Assembly (NCBI GenBank): GCA_965208905.1
Contig: OZ242365.1
Span: forward strand, 1,728,001-1,792,000
DNA from: Nitrosopumilaceae archaeon
GTDB lineage: Archaea > Thermoproteota > Nitrososphaeria > Nitrososphaerales > Nitrosopumilaceae
Direction of reading: 5' to 3'
DNA: 64,000 nucleotides
Numbering within the stretch: position 1 is the stretch's first letter; every line of letters begins with the position of its first letter. The notes under the pieces are model-generated. The model was not told the origin of the DNA, did not search any database, and saw only the letters and a program-made list of their open reading frames with translations. Below are positions 50,619 through 61,537 of the stretch, piece by piece. Made by a program: the position numbers and the translations under genes.

Positions 50619-50834
50619 CGCATCAATGTCTTTTTGAATATCGGCCTCCACTTCCTGCGCCAATTCCAGTTCCTCTACTGCTTCTCTTCGGGCAATATTG
50701 GCTGCAATAAATTCACCAAGCTTCTCTGCACAACTGTCATCCAATTCCTCACAGTTTGCCTCGGCTTCACGAACTATCCTGCGCGCGTCCTCCAACTGCG
50801 CATACAACTGCTCCAGCATCTCTCTGTCTGCCAT
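50604..50834 (-). CDS. 76-aa acidic coiled-coil protein, copy 3
   Basis: Two substitutions relative to 2358-2588. Confidence 0.7.
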   Translation of the reverse strand: MADREMLEQLYAQLEDARRIVREAEANCEELDDSCAEKLGEFIAANIARREAVEELELAQEVEADIQKDIDALLGE

Positions 50835-50968
50835 ATTACCATATCATGTGGGAGACGTTTATAGGTTGAACACGTGAACTGTCACAAAATTGCGTGTATA
50901 GTTGGGAGCATAAATAATCCTACATTCTGTTAGAAAGGCATAAATGATCAAAATTATTACCTAATTCT

Positions 50969-51677
50969 ATGAATAACCAAACTAATGCCCAAAAAATAAA
51001 GGCTGCCCTAAAACAGACTAAGAGTACAACGCAATACGCCCGTATCGTAGCCGTAAATATGGTGCGCGTTAAAGGATATACCGTCTCTGCGGCAGCGGAT
51101 GTGCTTGGTGTCGATCGTAGCACCATATATGATTGGCTTAATGTCTACGACCATAAAGGCCTGGATGGCCTCGCCGATGGTGCGAGGCCTGGCCGTCCAT
51201 CTTTCGTACCGCGCCACACATTAGAGAATATAATTAACAATACCAAACAATTCACCGCCTACGGATTTGTTAAACTGGCTGAGAAAAAGACCGGCATAAA
51301 ATACAGCGAATCGCAAGCGCGCCGTATCCTTAGGTCTCTTGGCTTTACTATACGGAAGACTCCCCGGATATCCGACCGAATTCCACCAAGGAAAGATCTC
51401 GAAATCTGGCAGAAAGATGCCAAAAATGAGATAGAAACATTGGAAAAAGACGGATTCACGCCTATAATGTCGGATGAAAGCCACCAAAATTTGAGCATGT
51501 TTGGCAGCGGCGCAGTCTATACACGCGGTGATGCCATACCGGTACAAACACCACTCGGCAACCAGCGCCAGACCATATACGGAGGCATCACGTTAGATGG
51601 GCAGACATGCTATATGATGGTCGCTAGCAAGGCCAACGACAGGTTGTTCATCAGGTATTTAAACAAGACAAAAAAAC
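50969..51677 (+). pseudogene. IS630-family transposase, 3'-truncated
   Basis: HTH, RPGRP, first Asp motif MSDESH; cut at the MITE end at 51678. Confidence 0.8.
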
Positions 51678-51848
51678 GGTTCTGGGAAATCAACGGGACA
51701 TGACATGGAAGCCGCAGGTATCACTATCGAGGGCAATAGCAAGTACCTAACCCTCATTCGAGCAGCCGCAGAATCAACATCTTAATCCCTCATTTTTTAT
51801 GTCCCTAATTTCCCACTACATGTCATGTCCCGTTGATTTCCCAGAACC
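51678..51848. mobile_element. 171-bp MITE with IS6-like GGTTCTG ends
   Basis: Perfect 30-bp TIRs at 51678-51707 and 51819-51848; no TSD. Confidence 0.8.
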
Positions 51849-52336
51849 TACTCAACTGTCTTTACTACATTTGCATGGCGGTCTGGAAGCTAGGAAGACA
51901 CGTTGACCTGACCACGATTTCCACTGCGACCTATGTTTCCACCTATGTAAGCTAGGCTTCGGAGAGCGTGTCGCCGCATACCTTGTTGAATGCCAAAGTA
52001 TGATAGCCAGCCAGTACTATATAAACAATCTATGATTGGAACAACTTTTTCGGCCAGACGGGAGGGGGAAAGGGGGCGTCGAAGCCGCCCCTCGCTTATA
52101 CGGGGGCGGCAAGACGCCACCCGCGCCGTCGGACAAAATGCAATGCGCAGCATCCCCCACGGGTGGCGGACCCGAAAAACAAAGAGTGGGTCCTTTCCGA
52201 GTCTTCTGATGCGGCACAAAACAGCTGGGTTTTTTAGGGGTATATTGCCCCGAAAAGGCGGCGCGTCTGATGTATTGCCTTGACATATGCCGGAACAGTC
52301 CCATTGTAATTCGAGGGCTCAGTTGCGGCATACACC

Positions 52337-53422
52337 CTAGGTTTTCGGCTTTAGGCGCGCCAGCTTTTGCTTGTATTTTTTCTCATCATGGTATCGGTAT
52401 GGTTCGCGATTAGTCAGCATCTGCCAGATGTATTTTGCAAGCTTGTTGCCCACAATACTGCGTGCCACCCTTGGCGGGTGGTTCTTTTTGGCCTTTTCGT
52501 AGATTTTATTCAAATGCGGGTCACTTGTTGCACCTATCATGGCTGCCTGCATCATAACCCATTTCAGGTTGCCGTCTACGTCCTTTTTCATGCGGCCGTA
52601 TTTGATGCTGTCGCCGGACTGGTACACTCTAGGGCACATTCCCATGAACGATACCAGTTTCTTGGGGTCATCAAACCTATCTATGCCGTCTATGGATGCC
52701 GCCACCAGCAGCGCCCCGAACGGGCCGAATCCGGGAATACTCATTATGATTTTGGCATCTTTGTTTTCGCCTGCGGCCTCATAGATGCTCCTCTCCAATG
52801 TGTCTATCTCTTTGTTCAGATATCTGATGTGCCGTATGTACTGCATCATTATTCTTGTGTCGCTTGAATTCAGTACCAGTTTTTCAAGGAACTGCTGATG
52901 CTTCTCGCCGTGTGTGTTGCCGTGTCCCGTAATCAGTTCATAGTCATACCTCTCGCACAGGCTGCTCTGTCGGTTCAGGACGCGGGTTCTGTCCCTGACC
53001 AGCGTGATGCGATGGCGCATCAACTCTAAAATTCGCCTGGTCCCCTTCGGATAGACATAACACTCTGGAACTGCGTTCATTCTGAGCCGGTCTGCCAGTT
53101 TCTTAGAGTCTAGTTTGTCTGTCTTGACTCCGGACTGGGCCATCTTCATTCGAATCGGATTTCCCAAAATTATGGGTAGATGGTATTCTTCGAATACTTC
53201 GTATGTCTTCATCCACATTTTTGATGTTGACTCGCACACGGCGCTACATGTGCCGTACTTTGACAGCAGGGTCTTGGCTAATACGCCTGCAGCCGTGCGC
53301 GTGTTCTTGTATTTTGTATGCTCCAAAACGTTGCCGTCTCTATCCATGACACAAACGGCACAATTTCGCTTTCCTATATCGATTCCAACGTATGTTGTCT
53401 TGTCTGTTGTTTTGTCTGTTAT
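52337..53422 (-). CDS. IS110-family recombinase, probable ATA start
   Basis: YVGIDIGK upstream of the tracked Met; VCEST, KTDKLDS, SIPGFG, GMCP..YQSG; AGGAGGTGA just upstream of ATA. Confidence 0.88.
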   Translation of the reverse strand: MTDKTTDKTTYVGIDIGKRNCAVCVMDRDGNVLEHTKYKNTRTAAGVLAKTLLSKYGTCSAVCESTSKMWMKTYEVFEEYHLPIILGNPIRMKMAQSGVKTDKLDSKKLADRLRMNAVPECYVYPKGTRRILELMRHRITLVRDRTRVLNRQSSLCERYDYELITGHGNTHGEKHQQFLEKLVLNSSDTRIMMQYIRHIRYLNKEIDTLERSIYEAAGENKDAKIIMSIPGFGPFGALLVAASIDGIDRFDDPKKLVSFMGMCPRVYQSGDSIKYGRMKKDVDGNLKWVMMQAAMIGATSDPHLNKIYEKAKKNHPPRVARSIVGNKLAKYIWQMLTNREPYRYHDEKKYKQKLARLKPKT

Positions 53423-53867
53423 TCTTTCTCACCTCCTTTTTCTTTTGGTTGGCAAGCAGCAAGGCTACAATCACCTATCAGGACTGCCTGCATCCTCTCG
53501 GATAACCGGCGCCCACTAAAGCGCAGCTTGGCTGTCCCCATTCACTCCGGAGAGCTCGAAGCCCATGGAAACAAAGGGGTCTGCTTACCGCTCTCCATAC
53601 GGTGAACCCGAATTTACTCGCTTTCACTCAACTGTGTAGGCATCATTTCCACTCCACGTACAAGTTTTCACAGATCTACGTTTCCACTATGGGTCACCAT
53701 TTCTTGCTAGTTCCCTTCAGAACACTATACGTTTGCACAACTATAATACACATACAACATCCCCGCTGATCATTTAAGCAGTATCTCCAATGAATTCCAT
53801 ATTACGATACCACCAATGGCTATGCCGGCCGTACCTGCCACTACACACAGAATCAAAAAGTTGCGGT

Positions 53868-54665
53868 TCATGATATGTTTAGTATAGATAGGGTGCCTAA
53901 TATGGCCTCCTCCAAACGTATGGTTCGTGTATTCTGGTGCGGAAAGAAGTTTAGTTGTATCATGTTGTTGGCCTGTAGTCTGCCCCCTGCTATATCTATA
54001 ACATCCCTCTTGGGAGAGCCAAAGACAACCAGTGTATTATCTTTGTATACGTTTGATATTCGAGGTTTGGTGGCCACCTTGCCAGATTTGGTGGCTATAA
54101 TGATGCGACCTGACCACTCCCGTAATAGTGATGCGACTGATGAGCGTTCTCTCACCTTGTACCCCCAGTACTGTGATGTATTCTCTGATGGTATTACATG
54201 TGCCGTATTCACAGATACATTTGGCGGGAACTGTACTGTAACTCGTCCATCCCGCTTGGCACCCTCCACCGCAAACAGATGATTTACTCCGACATCCACA
54301 TATTTGCGTCCGCGCAGTGTGACTGCCAACCCTTCACGTATGTCGCCCGGTTTTATACTCTTGACATCTGATGATAACGAATGACTGGGTATGGCAAGGG
54401 GGTGCAGCACACCAGCAAACTTGAGCTCAGACATTTTAGGAAACAGGTGCTTTCTCATGAATTGAGGGGTCTCCATATAGTGAAGTATTGTGAGTAGTAG
54501 ACTTCTATCCTCAGAGTTGTTGCCGTCTTTATACACTAGTACCTCTTTTACGCCAAAGATGGCCATACTGCGGGCCAACTGGGATATCTTGCGGGCTTTG
54601 GCCAGTTTTGTGCTCTCATCAGTGAGAGAAGAGTCGGGTATCGCCACAGATAGTCCTTTATACAT
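53868..54665 (-). CDS. SPOUT-family RNA methyltransferase
   Basis: SVAIPDSSL, IFGV, YMETPQF, YWGYKV, VFGSP, QNTRTIRLEEA. Confidence 0.88.
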   Translation of the reverse strand: MYKGLSVAIPDSSLTDESTKLAKARKISQLARSMAIFGVKEVLVYKDGNNSEDRSLLLTILHYMETPQFMRKHLFPKMSELKFAGVLHPLAIPSHSLSSDVKSIKPGDIREGLAVTLRGRKYVDVGVNHLFAVEGAKRDGRVTVQFPPNVSVNTAHVIPSENTSQYWGYKVRERSSVASLLREWSGRIIIATKSGKVATKPRISNVYKDNTLVVFGSPKRDVIDIAGGRLQANNMIQLNFFPHQNTRTIRLEEAILGTLSILNIS

Positions 54666-55393
54666 CAGTCTGAGTTTGAGTATTCGGAATCTGACTGCTC
54701 TGCATATTTGGCTATATCATCAGAATCTATCTCTCTGTATCCCTCTTTGTCTATAACCGCTATTCTCATCTGCTCTACAACATTTTTGCTGTCACTGGCC
54801 ACTTTGACAGATGCCACGGCCAACGTTACTGCATCATCTTTGGATAGTTCTGTCTTGTAAGACTTTTCCAAGAATGATGTCACTCTGTCTGAACCGGCTC
54901 CAATGGCAATGGCATCATACTCGATATATGTGCCACTAGGATCCGTCATGTATAGATGCGAGCCGTCCTTGTTTACGCCTCCAAGTATTAATGCGACACC
55001 AAATGGCCTAACTCCTGCATACTGAGTGAACTGCTGGCATTGATCCGCCAGATGCTTGGCTACTGTCGCTATATCTACTGGCTCATCATATATCAGCTGA
55101 TTACTCTGCGAAAAGAATCTTGCATTGTCTACCTGGCTACGTGCATCGGGTATGTAGCCTGCAGCGGCCACGCCTATGTGATCGTCTATCTTGAATAGTT
55201 TCTGTGCCGACTCTGTGATCTGTAGTTTGCGGGTGCGTTCCTCGCCTGCTATGACTACGCCGTCCTTAAACTTTATTCCCACAGCCACTGAACCTCGCCG
55301 TACAGTCTCAATTGCGTACTCGACCTGATATAGACGGCCGTCTGGTGAGAATACAGTGATTGCCCGGTCATATCCTTGCTGTGCTGGTAACAT
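54665..55393 (-). CDS. psmA: Proteasome subunit alpha
   Basis: GYDRAITVFSPDGRLYQVEYA; RPFGVAL; TDPSG. Confidence 0.97.
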   Translation of the reverse strand: MLPAQQGYDRAITVFSPDGRLYQVEYAIETVRRGSVAVGIKFKDGVVIAGEERTRKLQITESAQKLFKIDDHIGVAAAGYIPDARSQVDNARFFSQSNQLIYDEPVDIATVAKHLADQCQQFTQYAGVRPFGVALILGGVNKDGSHLYMTDPSGTYIEYDAIAIGAGSDRVTSFLEKSYKTELSKDDAVTLAVASVKVASDSKNVVEQMRIAVIDKEGYREIDSDDIAKYAEQSDSEYSNSD

Positions 55394-55450
55394 TATGATA
55401 TCCCTATCTTTGAGATTAATTTAAGTCATGCCCATTGCCATCACTGTGTA

Positions 55451-55882
55451 ATGTGCAATATCACAAGATGTGTTGTACCTTTCTCTGGTCACAAAAACGT
55501 TAGGGCCACACACCGCACCACAATAGAGATAACCACACATGAATCCCTGACCCCTCGCGGAGACTGTATTGTGGGGGTGGCATCTGATGTGGGATGCTTT
55601 GGCCTACCATACAATATACGAAGAGCGCTACAGAGCGATTCTAGCAAGGTGCGTATTCTGTTTACGGTGGGCGATGATCTATTTGCTGTATATGGCAGAG
55701 GCAGCTCGGAGCTGACCTTGACGCATCCCCAGGATATTGTATTGCGCAAGAGTGACTTTGTCTGCCCGCGCACATTAGTCATAGGGTGTGATGCAGCCTC
55801 AATAGATATGCCCCGACATATGGTGCAGTCCCTTCAGGGGGGCGTGGGCGGTACTATGGAGATAGTCGTACAGTCAGCATAA
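55451..55882 (+). CDS. DUF371-family protein
   Basis: GHKNVRATHRTTIEIT, LTPRGDCIVGV, IVLRKSDF. Confidence 0.85.
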   Translation: MCNITRCVVPFSGHKNVRATHRTTIEITTHESLTPRGDCIVGVASDVGCFGLPYNIRRALQSDSSKVRILFTVGDDLFAVYGRGSSELTLTHPQDIVLRKSDFVCPRTLVIGCDAASIDMPRHMVQSLQGGVGGTMEIVVQSA

Positions 55883-56289
55883 AAAGAGGCTTTTATATTG
55901 CATATGCCACAAACGACACAATGGGACTTGGAACAAAGATATTTGTGGTATTGCCACTGGCCATCTTTGCCGCAATAATATTTGGTTTTGCCATATACAA
56001 CACAATATGTAAAAACTCCAGCGTGGCATTGATTGACTGCTGATGTATAGAGATGAGTTTACCAGATGTAAGATACTGTTGCTCCTGCGCAGAGACTTTG
56101 ATTAACTGGTATTGCACACTTTACGAAATTTACAATATCGTATGATATCAAAATTAGGCAGAGCACAAATATGCTGCTTTTGTATATGTTAGAATTTATT
56201 TGCAATCGTACAACTTGATGGTTTTGGTCAGTACCACTCACATTGAATCTGTCTTTATATATTGCATACACAGGGAGGCATTATAGAGC

Positions 56290-56472
56290 ATGTCAACATA
56301 TGAGGAGTGGCTTGATGAGTTAATAGCTGACCGTGATGAGACCGGAGTGCCCATCACTAGACGCGAATACTATGAAAAGTTCTTCAATAACATAGATACA
56401 AAGCGGGTGTATGAGCAGGATGTTGCGGTAACCTCGCGTCTAAAGGAGCGCGGAGTTATAGTTGACAGCTAG
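56290..56472 (+). CDS. Small hypothetical protein
   Basis: 60-aa ORF preceded by GGAGG. Confidence 0.5.
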   Translation: MSTYEEWLDELIADRDETGVPITRREYYEKFFNNIDTKRVYEQDVAVTSRLKERGVIVDS

Positions 56473-58913
56473 CCACTCCACTTTGCGTCGGGATGGTGTA
56501 CAACTATGGCCGCCGTTGAAAGGTCAGGTGTAATGTGACCTGTTGTAGTGAGATTCATACCGATTCGCTCTGGTTTTAATATGTCCCACATCAGCCTGTG
56601 TTGTGTGACGTCTGGACAGTCCGGATATCCCAAACTGTACCGGAGACATCCTTTATCAAGGCCCATTGTACGACGTATCAGTCTGTTGATCCAGCTGGCT
56701 ATGGCCTCCACGAACTCTGTTACAAAACCGTTCAAATAGAATGAGTCTGTGGTCCTTCCAGCCTCGTCCCACTCGGTGACCATGCGGTTGGCGGCCTCCC
56801 CAGCGGTGCACGCCTGAAATGCCACCACATCATTCTCCCCAAAGTAGTCTGCGATACATAGGTGTCTGGACTTGAGTGATCTGGGAAAGTCAAATGTTAC
56901 TGTACCTGAATCCCCCTCCACATTTAGACTCTCACCATCCGAGTGGCATTTAAAGAAGCCATATATTGCGCGCGGCTCAAGTATGCCTCGCACCTCCTCG
57001 GCCATCTTTTGTAAGAGTTTTTGGTGTTCTGCCTTCCATTTACCGCCTGATCGACCTTGCACGCCCCAGCCCCTGAGAATGAGAGCCTTTACGTCCAACT
57101 CTTTCAGGACCTCATCATAGTCTATCTCTGATATGATGGTCGTTCCGTACTGCACATTGGGAGGAGTCACTGGTTTTATACCACTCCGGGGTATGGGTGT
57201 AGTTCTGACTATACGGGGTGCCTGTTTCTCTTTTAGTCCACTTCGCCACTCTGAGAGTAATGCGTCTCTATCGCCCATTATCTTATCCATAGTCTTTAGT
57301 CCAGCGAACATATCCTTGCAGTAAAAGACACCCGGCTCGTAGACGCCCCCATCGGTCGCTATCCTGTTTATGTAATTGAGGTTTATGGCGGCACCGCCAC
57401 ACAGTACTGGTATATCCATGCTGTTTGTACGCGCATAATCTACAAAGTGCTTCATCTCGCGGGATGTATTCACAAGAAGCGCGGACAGTCCCACCGCATC
57501 GGCATTCACCTCTTTTATTTTGTCTAGGAATGTCTGCATGGGCACCTGCTTGCCCAGGTCATGTACTGTATACCCGTTGTTCTGAAATATGGTCTTTACC
57601 AGATTCTTTCCTATGTCATGGACATCTCCATAGACGGTCCCTAGCACCAGCTTTCCCTTGCTGACACCCTCCTTCTTTACCAGATATTTTTCTACCTCTG
57701 AAACTGCAGCCTTCATGCACTCGGCCGACTGAAGCACAAATGGCAGTATGATCTCACCTGACCCAAACTTGTCGCCTACAGTCTTCATAGCTGGGAGTAG
57801 CGAGTCGTTCAGTACGGATATGGCAGCATCATGAGTCTCTGTTGGACTCATGGCTATCGATGAGCCATCTTTTGACATTATGGGACTCTCTATGTTGTCT
57901 GCTATGGCCAGAACCACATCAGCTTCTATGTCTTCCCGTATGCGATTGATTATTCTCTTATTGATACGCTTACTGGCCGGCCATTGTGCGTCTATGACTG
58001 GTGCTGTTGTGGCTCTGCCAACGTGATCTGACGCAACACAGGTACTCAACAATGATGCTAGCGCATCTGGCTTTTTGTTGAATATCAAATCTTCTGCTGA
58101 ATCTTTATGGTCGGACTTTAGCATGTGATATGGAATAATATCTTTGGGGTTTAGTATCACACAGTCTAATCCTGCCTGCACGGCATGATACAGAAATACA
58201 GAGTTGATCACCTTACGTGGGTATGGGTCAAGACCAAAGCTGATGTTGCTTAAACCAACTACAGTATATGAATTGGGGAATCGTTCTTTGATCAATCTTA
58301 TGCCCTGTATGGTTTGTATGCCTGCATCCAGGAACTCTTCCTGGCCTGTAGCCAATGTAAATATGAGTGGATCGAATATGTACTGATTCTCTTTTATGCC
58401 GTACTGTGAGCCTCTCTCTACAATCAACTCGGCCGTCTGCACCTTCTGCTTGGCGGTCTTGGCCATCCCGGCAGGCCCTATGCACATTGCTATGGCTGGT
58501 ACACCATACTGAGCCATTATGGGTGCCATACCAGCAAACCTGCTACCATCACCCTCTAGATTTATCGAGTTTATGATGGGCTTGCCTGGTATCTGTCTGA
58601 TGGCCGACTCTGCAACTGATGGACTGGTTGTGTCTATTACAAGGGGCGCCTCCACCTCCAAACTGAGCCTCTTTACCAAACGTGTCATGAACTCATTCTC
58701 ATTGTCCTTCTCGGTGACGGCCACAGAGACATCTAAACAATGAGCGCCGTCCTCGACCTGGCGTCGTGCTATGTCTACTAGGCCATCGTAGTCGTCGGCC
58801 AGTATCAACTTTTTGGCCTTACGTGACCCCTGAGCGTTGACCCTCTCACCGATTATCATGGGTGGCGGGGACTGCTTAACGCTAACCACCTTGAGGGCTG
58901 AGCTTACATCCAA
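56469..58913 (-). CDS. metH: Cobalamin-dependent methionine synthase (pterin-binding, B12-binding and reactivation domains)
   Basis: IIGERVNAQGS, INSINLE, GLSNISFG, GDVHDIGKNLV, RYSLGYPDCPD; homocysteine-binding domain absent. Confidence 0.92.
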   Translation of the reverse strand: MDVSSALKVVSVKQSPPPMIIGERVNAQGSRKAKKLILADDYDGLVDIARRQVEDGAHCLDVSVAVTEKDNENEFMTRLVKRLSLEVEAPLVIDTTSPSVAESAIRQIPGKPIINSINLEGDGSRFAGMAPIMAQYGVPAIAMCIGPAGMAKTAKQKVQTAELIVERGSQYGIKENQYIFDPLIFTLATGQEEFLDAGIQTIQGIRLIKERFPNSYTVVGLSNISFGLDPYPRKVINSVFLYHAVQAGLDCVILNPKDIIPYHMLKSDHKDSAEDLIFNKKPDALASLLSTCVASDHVGRATTAPVIDAQWPASKRINKRIINRIREDIEADVVLAIADNIESPIMSKDGSSIAMSPTETHDAAISVLNDSLLPAMKTVGDKFGSGEIILPFVLQSAECMKAAVSEVEKYLVKKEGVSKGKLVLGTVYGDVHDIGKNLVKTIFQNNGYTVHDLGKQVPMQTFLDKIKEVNADAVGLSALLVNTSREMKHFVDYARTNSMDIPVLCGGAAINLNYINRIATDGGVYEPGVFYCKDMFAGLKTMDKIMGDRDALLSEWRSGLKEKQAPRIVRTTPIPRSGIKPVTPPNVQYGTTIISEIDYDEVLKELDVKALILRGWGVQGRSGGKWKAEHQKLLQKMAEEVRGILEPRAIYGFFKCHSDGESLNVEGDSGTVTFDFPRSLKSRHLCIADYFGENDVVAFQACTAGEAANRMVTEWDEAGRTTDSFYLNGFVTEFVEAIASWINRLIRRTMGLDKGCLRYSLGYPDCPDVTQHRLMWDILKPERIGMNLTTTGHITPDLSTAAIVVHHPDAKWSG

Positions 58914-59215
58914 TTACATCACCTTCCGTGCAATGTTCACATATGGGTATATTTTATCTGTGATGTACCGCTCTAAAAGGTCACTATACGCAAGACCCGT
59001 ACTTGATACGGTAAATAGTATGGGGGCGTTTTTATGTATATGTGGCGGAACAGTCGCATACAACATGTGTGTATATTACCTCACTGTTATTTATTCGATG
59101 GAGATGTTAGTCTTTTGCAAAATACGTGGAATGTTCAATCTTTACCCAAATGTATCATCGTCTTGGCACATATTATCATAGTTGGTTCCTTGAACCACAC
59201 TGGTTACATGACACG

Positions 59216-59833
59216 CTATAACGATGCCATGGCCAACCGCTCATAGTAAAACTCCTGACGTTTTAAATCTCGATGTGCAATGATTCGGCAGCGCGCCGGC
59301 GTTACAAGACGTGATATCTGCTCGTACGTCTCCAATCTGGTATAGTCTGATGTGTACAACACCTGAAAGAGTGGTGACCGCTCCAAAAATAACGGTCTGG
59401 CTTGATCATATCCGGCTATACGGAGTAAATTAAGTCTGAGTATGCCCACCGACTCGCCTTGAGAGACCAGAGGGTCCTCATAACAACATATGGCATAATG
59501 TTTCTCATCTTCTATTATGGTTAATTTTGTAAATCGATCATTCCACAACTCCATATGTCTTGCCAGTGATACGGCCATCTTTTTGTCCTCAAAGATTGGC
59601 GAGACGACCAACCGTCCGGTTTCGTGAGTCCACGCAATTCTGTGAAACCCACCAACCCATCGTATGTAGACCACATGATAACATGTGACACATCTGTTAA
59701 TATGGGCTTTGGTGTTGTATCCAAGAGACAATACAGCACCATATCTGTAGAAGATACAATCTACTATACAAGAGAGTTTATGCGTAATTGAATTATGATG
59801 TATAGTACCGTAAACATAAATATCACAAACCAT
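59216..59833 (-). CDS. Hypothetical protein (true start probably downstream)
   Basis: Protein-like C-terminal two-thirds. Confidence 0.45.
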   Translation of the reverse strand: MVCDIYVYGTIHHNSITHKLSCIVDCIFYRYGAVLSLGYNTKAHINRCVTCYHVVYIRWVGGFHRIAWTHETGRLVVSPIFEDKKMAVSLARHMELWNDRFTKLTIIEDEKHYAICCYEDPLVSQGESVGILRLNLLRIAGYDQARPLFLERSPLFQVLYTSDYTRLETYEQISRLVTPARCRIIAHRDLKRQEFYYERLAMASL

Positions 59834-59838
59834 ACATC

Positions 59839-60649
59839 ATGTGCATGGGTACAATAATGCGCACCATCCATGTAACACATGACAACGGGTATCTTTTGGG
59901 CGGTTTGTTACATTATGTGGGGGCTGCGTCCAACCATGCTGCAAAAGCACTACGCAAGGGTGTGCGCGGCAAGAAACTATATCGTATGGCGGTGCACCGT
60001 ACTGGCGTATACCACTCACGCTTCACCGACTATATAATACAAAATGTACATGGAAACTACAAGGCATGGCGTACGAATCAGTTGATCGATGTACATGCAT
60101 GTGCTCCACACTACCACAACCCTGTGGCGCAGACTGACAGGTTCGAGCTGGCATTTGATGATACATCAAAACGGTGGAATGGCACACCATCAATACATGT
60201 ACCAATATACGGTAGGGGCCGTCCAGATGAGCTATGGCTGGCCTTCCCTGTACCACCATATGTAGTGGATGAGCTTACCAAGCCTGGCCGAACGCCAAAG
60301 ACTGTACTACTAAGATATAATGAGATATACATTACATACAAGGAAGACATTCCAGATCGTGAACCTATGTCCTGGGCCGGTGTGGACATGAATGCCAAAA
60401 ACAACACCTATGCATTCGCTGATGGCACTGTAGTTATGCGGCCCAACCGCAATGCACGTGAATACAACAAGGCACACAGCAAGATGCTAAAGGTGAAGCG
60501 GCGTAGTGATAACCGCATCATGACAAAATACACAAACAAGTCGTGGAATATATACAAAAATCGCATCCATAATGATGTATGTGTGGAAGCCCGGAAGATG
60601 GCCAATGCCGGGTACGGTATAGGGCATGAAACGTTGAGCATACACCGAC
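59839..60649 (+). pseudogene. tnpB: TnpB, truncated by IS3
   Basis: RuvC-I WAGVDMN and RuvC-II GHETL; no zinc finger or RuvC-III. Confidence 0.75.
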
Positions 60650-60706
60650 TGGAGTGGACCCCATAGAATGTTACTGTTTTCGGCATGATTTTACATACAT
60701 CTTCCA

Positions 60707-61537
60707 TCATTTATTTGTCATCTCCAACTGTTCGGCAAATTCTACTGGTGTCATGTATCCGATAGAGGAATGAATCCTCTCGGTGTTGTAATCTACAAAG
60801 GCCTTTGCAATGATCGTCTCTGCCTCCTGATAGTTCGCAAACTCGTGCGGCCAGATGTATTCCTTTTTCAGCGTCTTGTGAAATGATTCGACATGTCCGT
60901 TCTGCTCCGGCGTATTCTTGTAGATGAATTCATGTTTGCCGATGCCAAGGGCCTGAACCGCATGTCTAAAGTCGCGGCTCGTATACTGGTTGCCGTTGTC
61001 CGTACGCAATCGTAATTGTGAGCAGTCAGGTTTCTCTGCGGCAACCGCGTTGGTGATTGAGGTGATTGCAATGTCTCGTGTGGCATTGACATCAAACGCG
61101 TAGGCGATCCACTTGCGCGTAAAGCAGTCAATTACGTTGAAGCAGTAGCACCAGCCGTCTATACCGCACCAGATGTATGTGATGTCCGTCTCCCACAACT
61201 GGTGTGGGGCTTTGGGTTTGAAGAGCTTTTGACCCGCTCGAATGATGTCGTTTTTGGTATTTTGTGGCTGGATGTAGCCCATTTTGCGATATATCCGCTG
61301 TATCTGCTTGCGGTTCACCACAATTCCCGTATCGCGCGTTATCTGGGCCGCCATGCGCCGTGTGCCGTACGTGGGCCTCTTTCTGCTCGTATCTAGCACA
61401 GTGCTCAATATATCCGGATTCAATCCCATGTCTCTGGGCTTGGGTTTGTAGTACCATTGGCGCCTGGATACGCCCGCATACCCTAGCGACTTGCGCAGGC
61501 TCAAATGTTGTTCCTGCATGATTTTTACCGCGTTCAA
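60707..61537 (-). CDS. IS3-family transposase OrfB
   Basis: Same as 33-680; start placed at the TTG overlapping the orfA stop, by analogy with 38902. Confidence 0.9.
   Translation of the reverse strand: MNAVKIMQEQHLSLRKSLGYAGVSRRQWYYKPKPRDMGLNPDILSTVLDTSRKRPTYGTRRMAAQITRDTGIVVNRKQIQRIYRKMGYIQPQNTKNDIIRAGQKLFKPKAPHQLWETDITYIWCGIDGWCYCFNVIDCFTRKWIAYAFDVNATRDIAITSITNAVAAEKPDCSQLRLRTDNGNQYTSRDFRHAVQALGIGKHEFIYKNTPEQNGHVESFHKTLKKEYIWPHEFANYQEAETIIAKAFVDYNTERIHSSIGYMTPVEFAEQLEMTNK

Larger units (their letters stand above)
50260..50897. repeat. Direct-repeat copy of about 1955-2650 (pilin 5' fragment, promoter, micro-ORF pair)
   Basis: Near-identical nucleotides; pilin start at 50399 on the minus strand. 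Confidence 0.88.

Noticed and set aside
53561-53580. ORB-like CCATGGAAACAAAGGGGT as a chromosomal origin
   Set aside because: Single partial match in the IS110 flank, with no orc1/cdc6 gene or AT-rich unwinding element nearby
2660-53600. Provirus call
   Set aside because: No capsid, terminase, portal or integrase motif recognised by eye; cannot be excluded without profile searches
59700-60649. Second TIR-bounded TnpB element
   Set aside because: No GGGAATTATATAC end upstream, and the 3' end is lost
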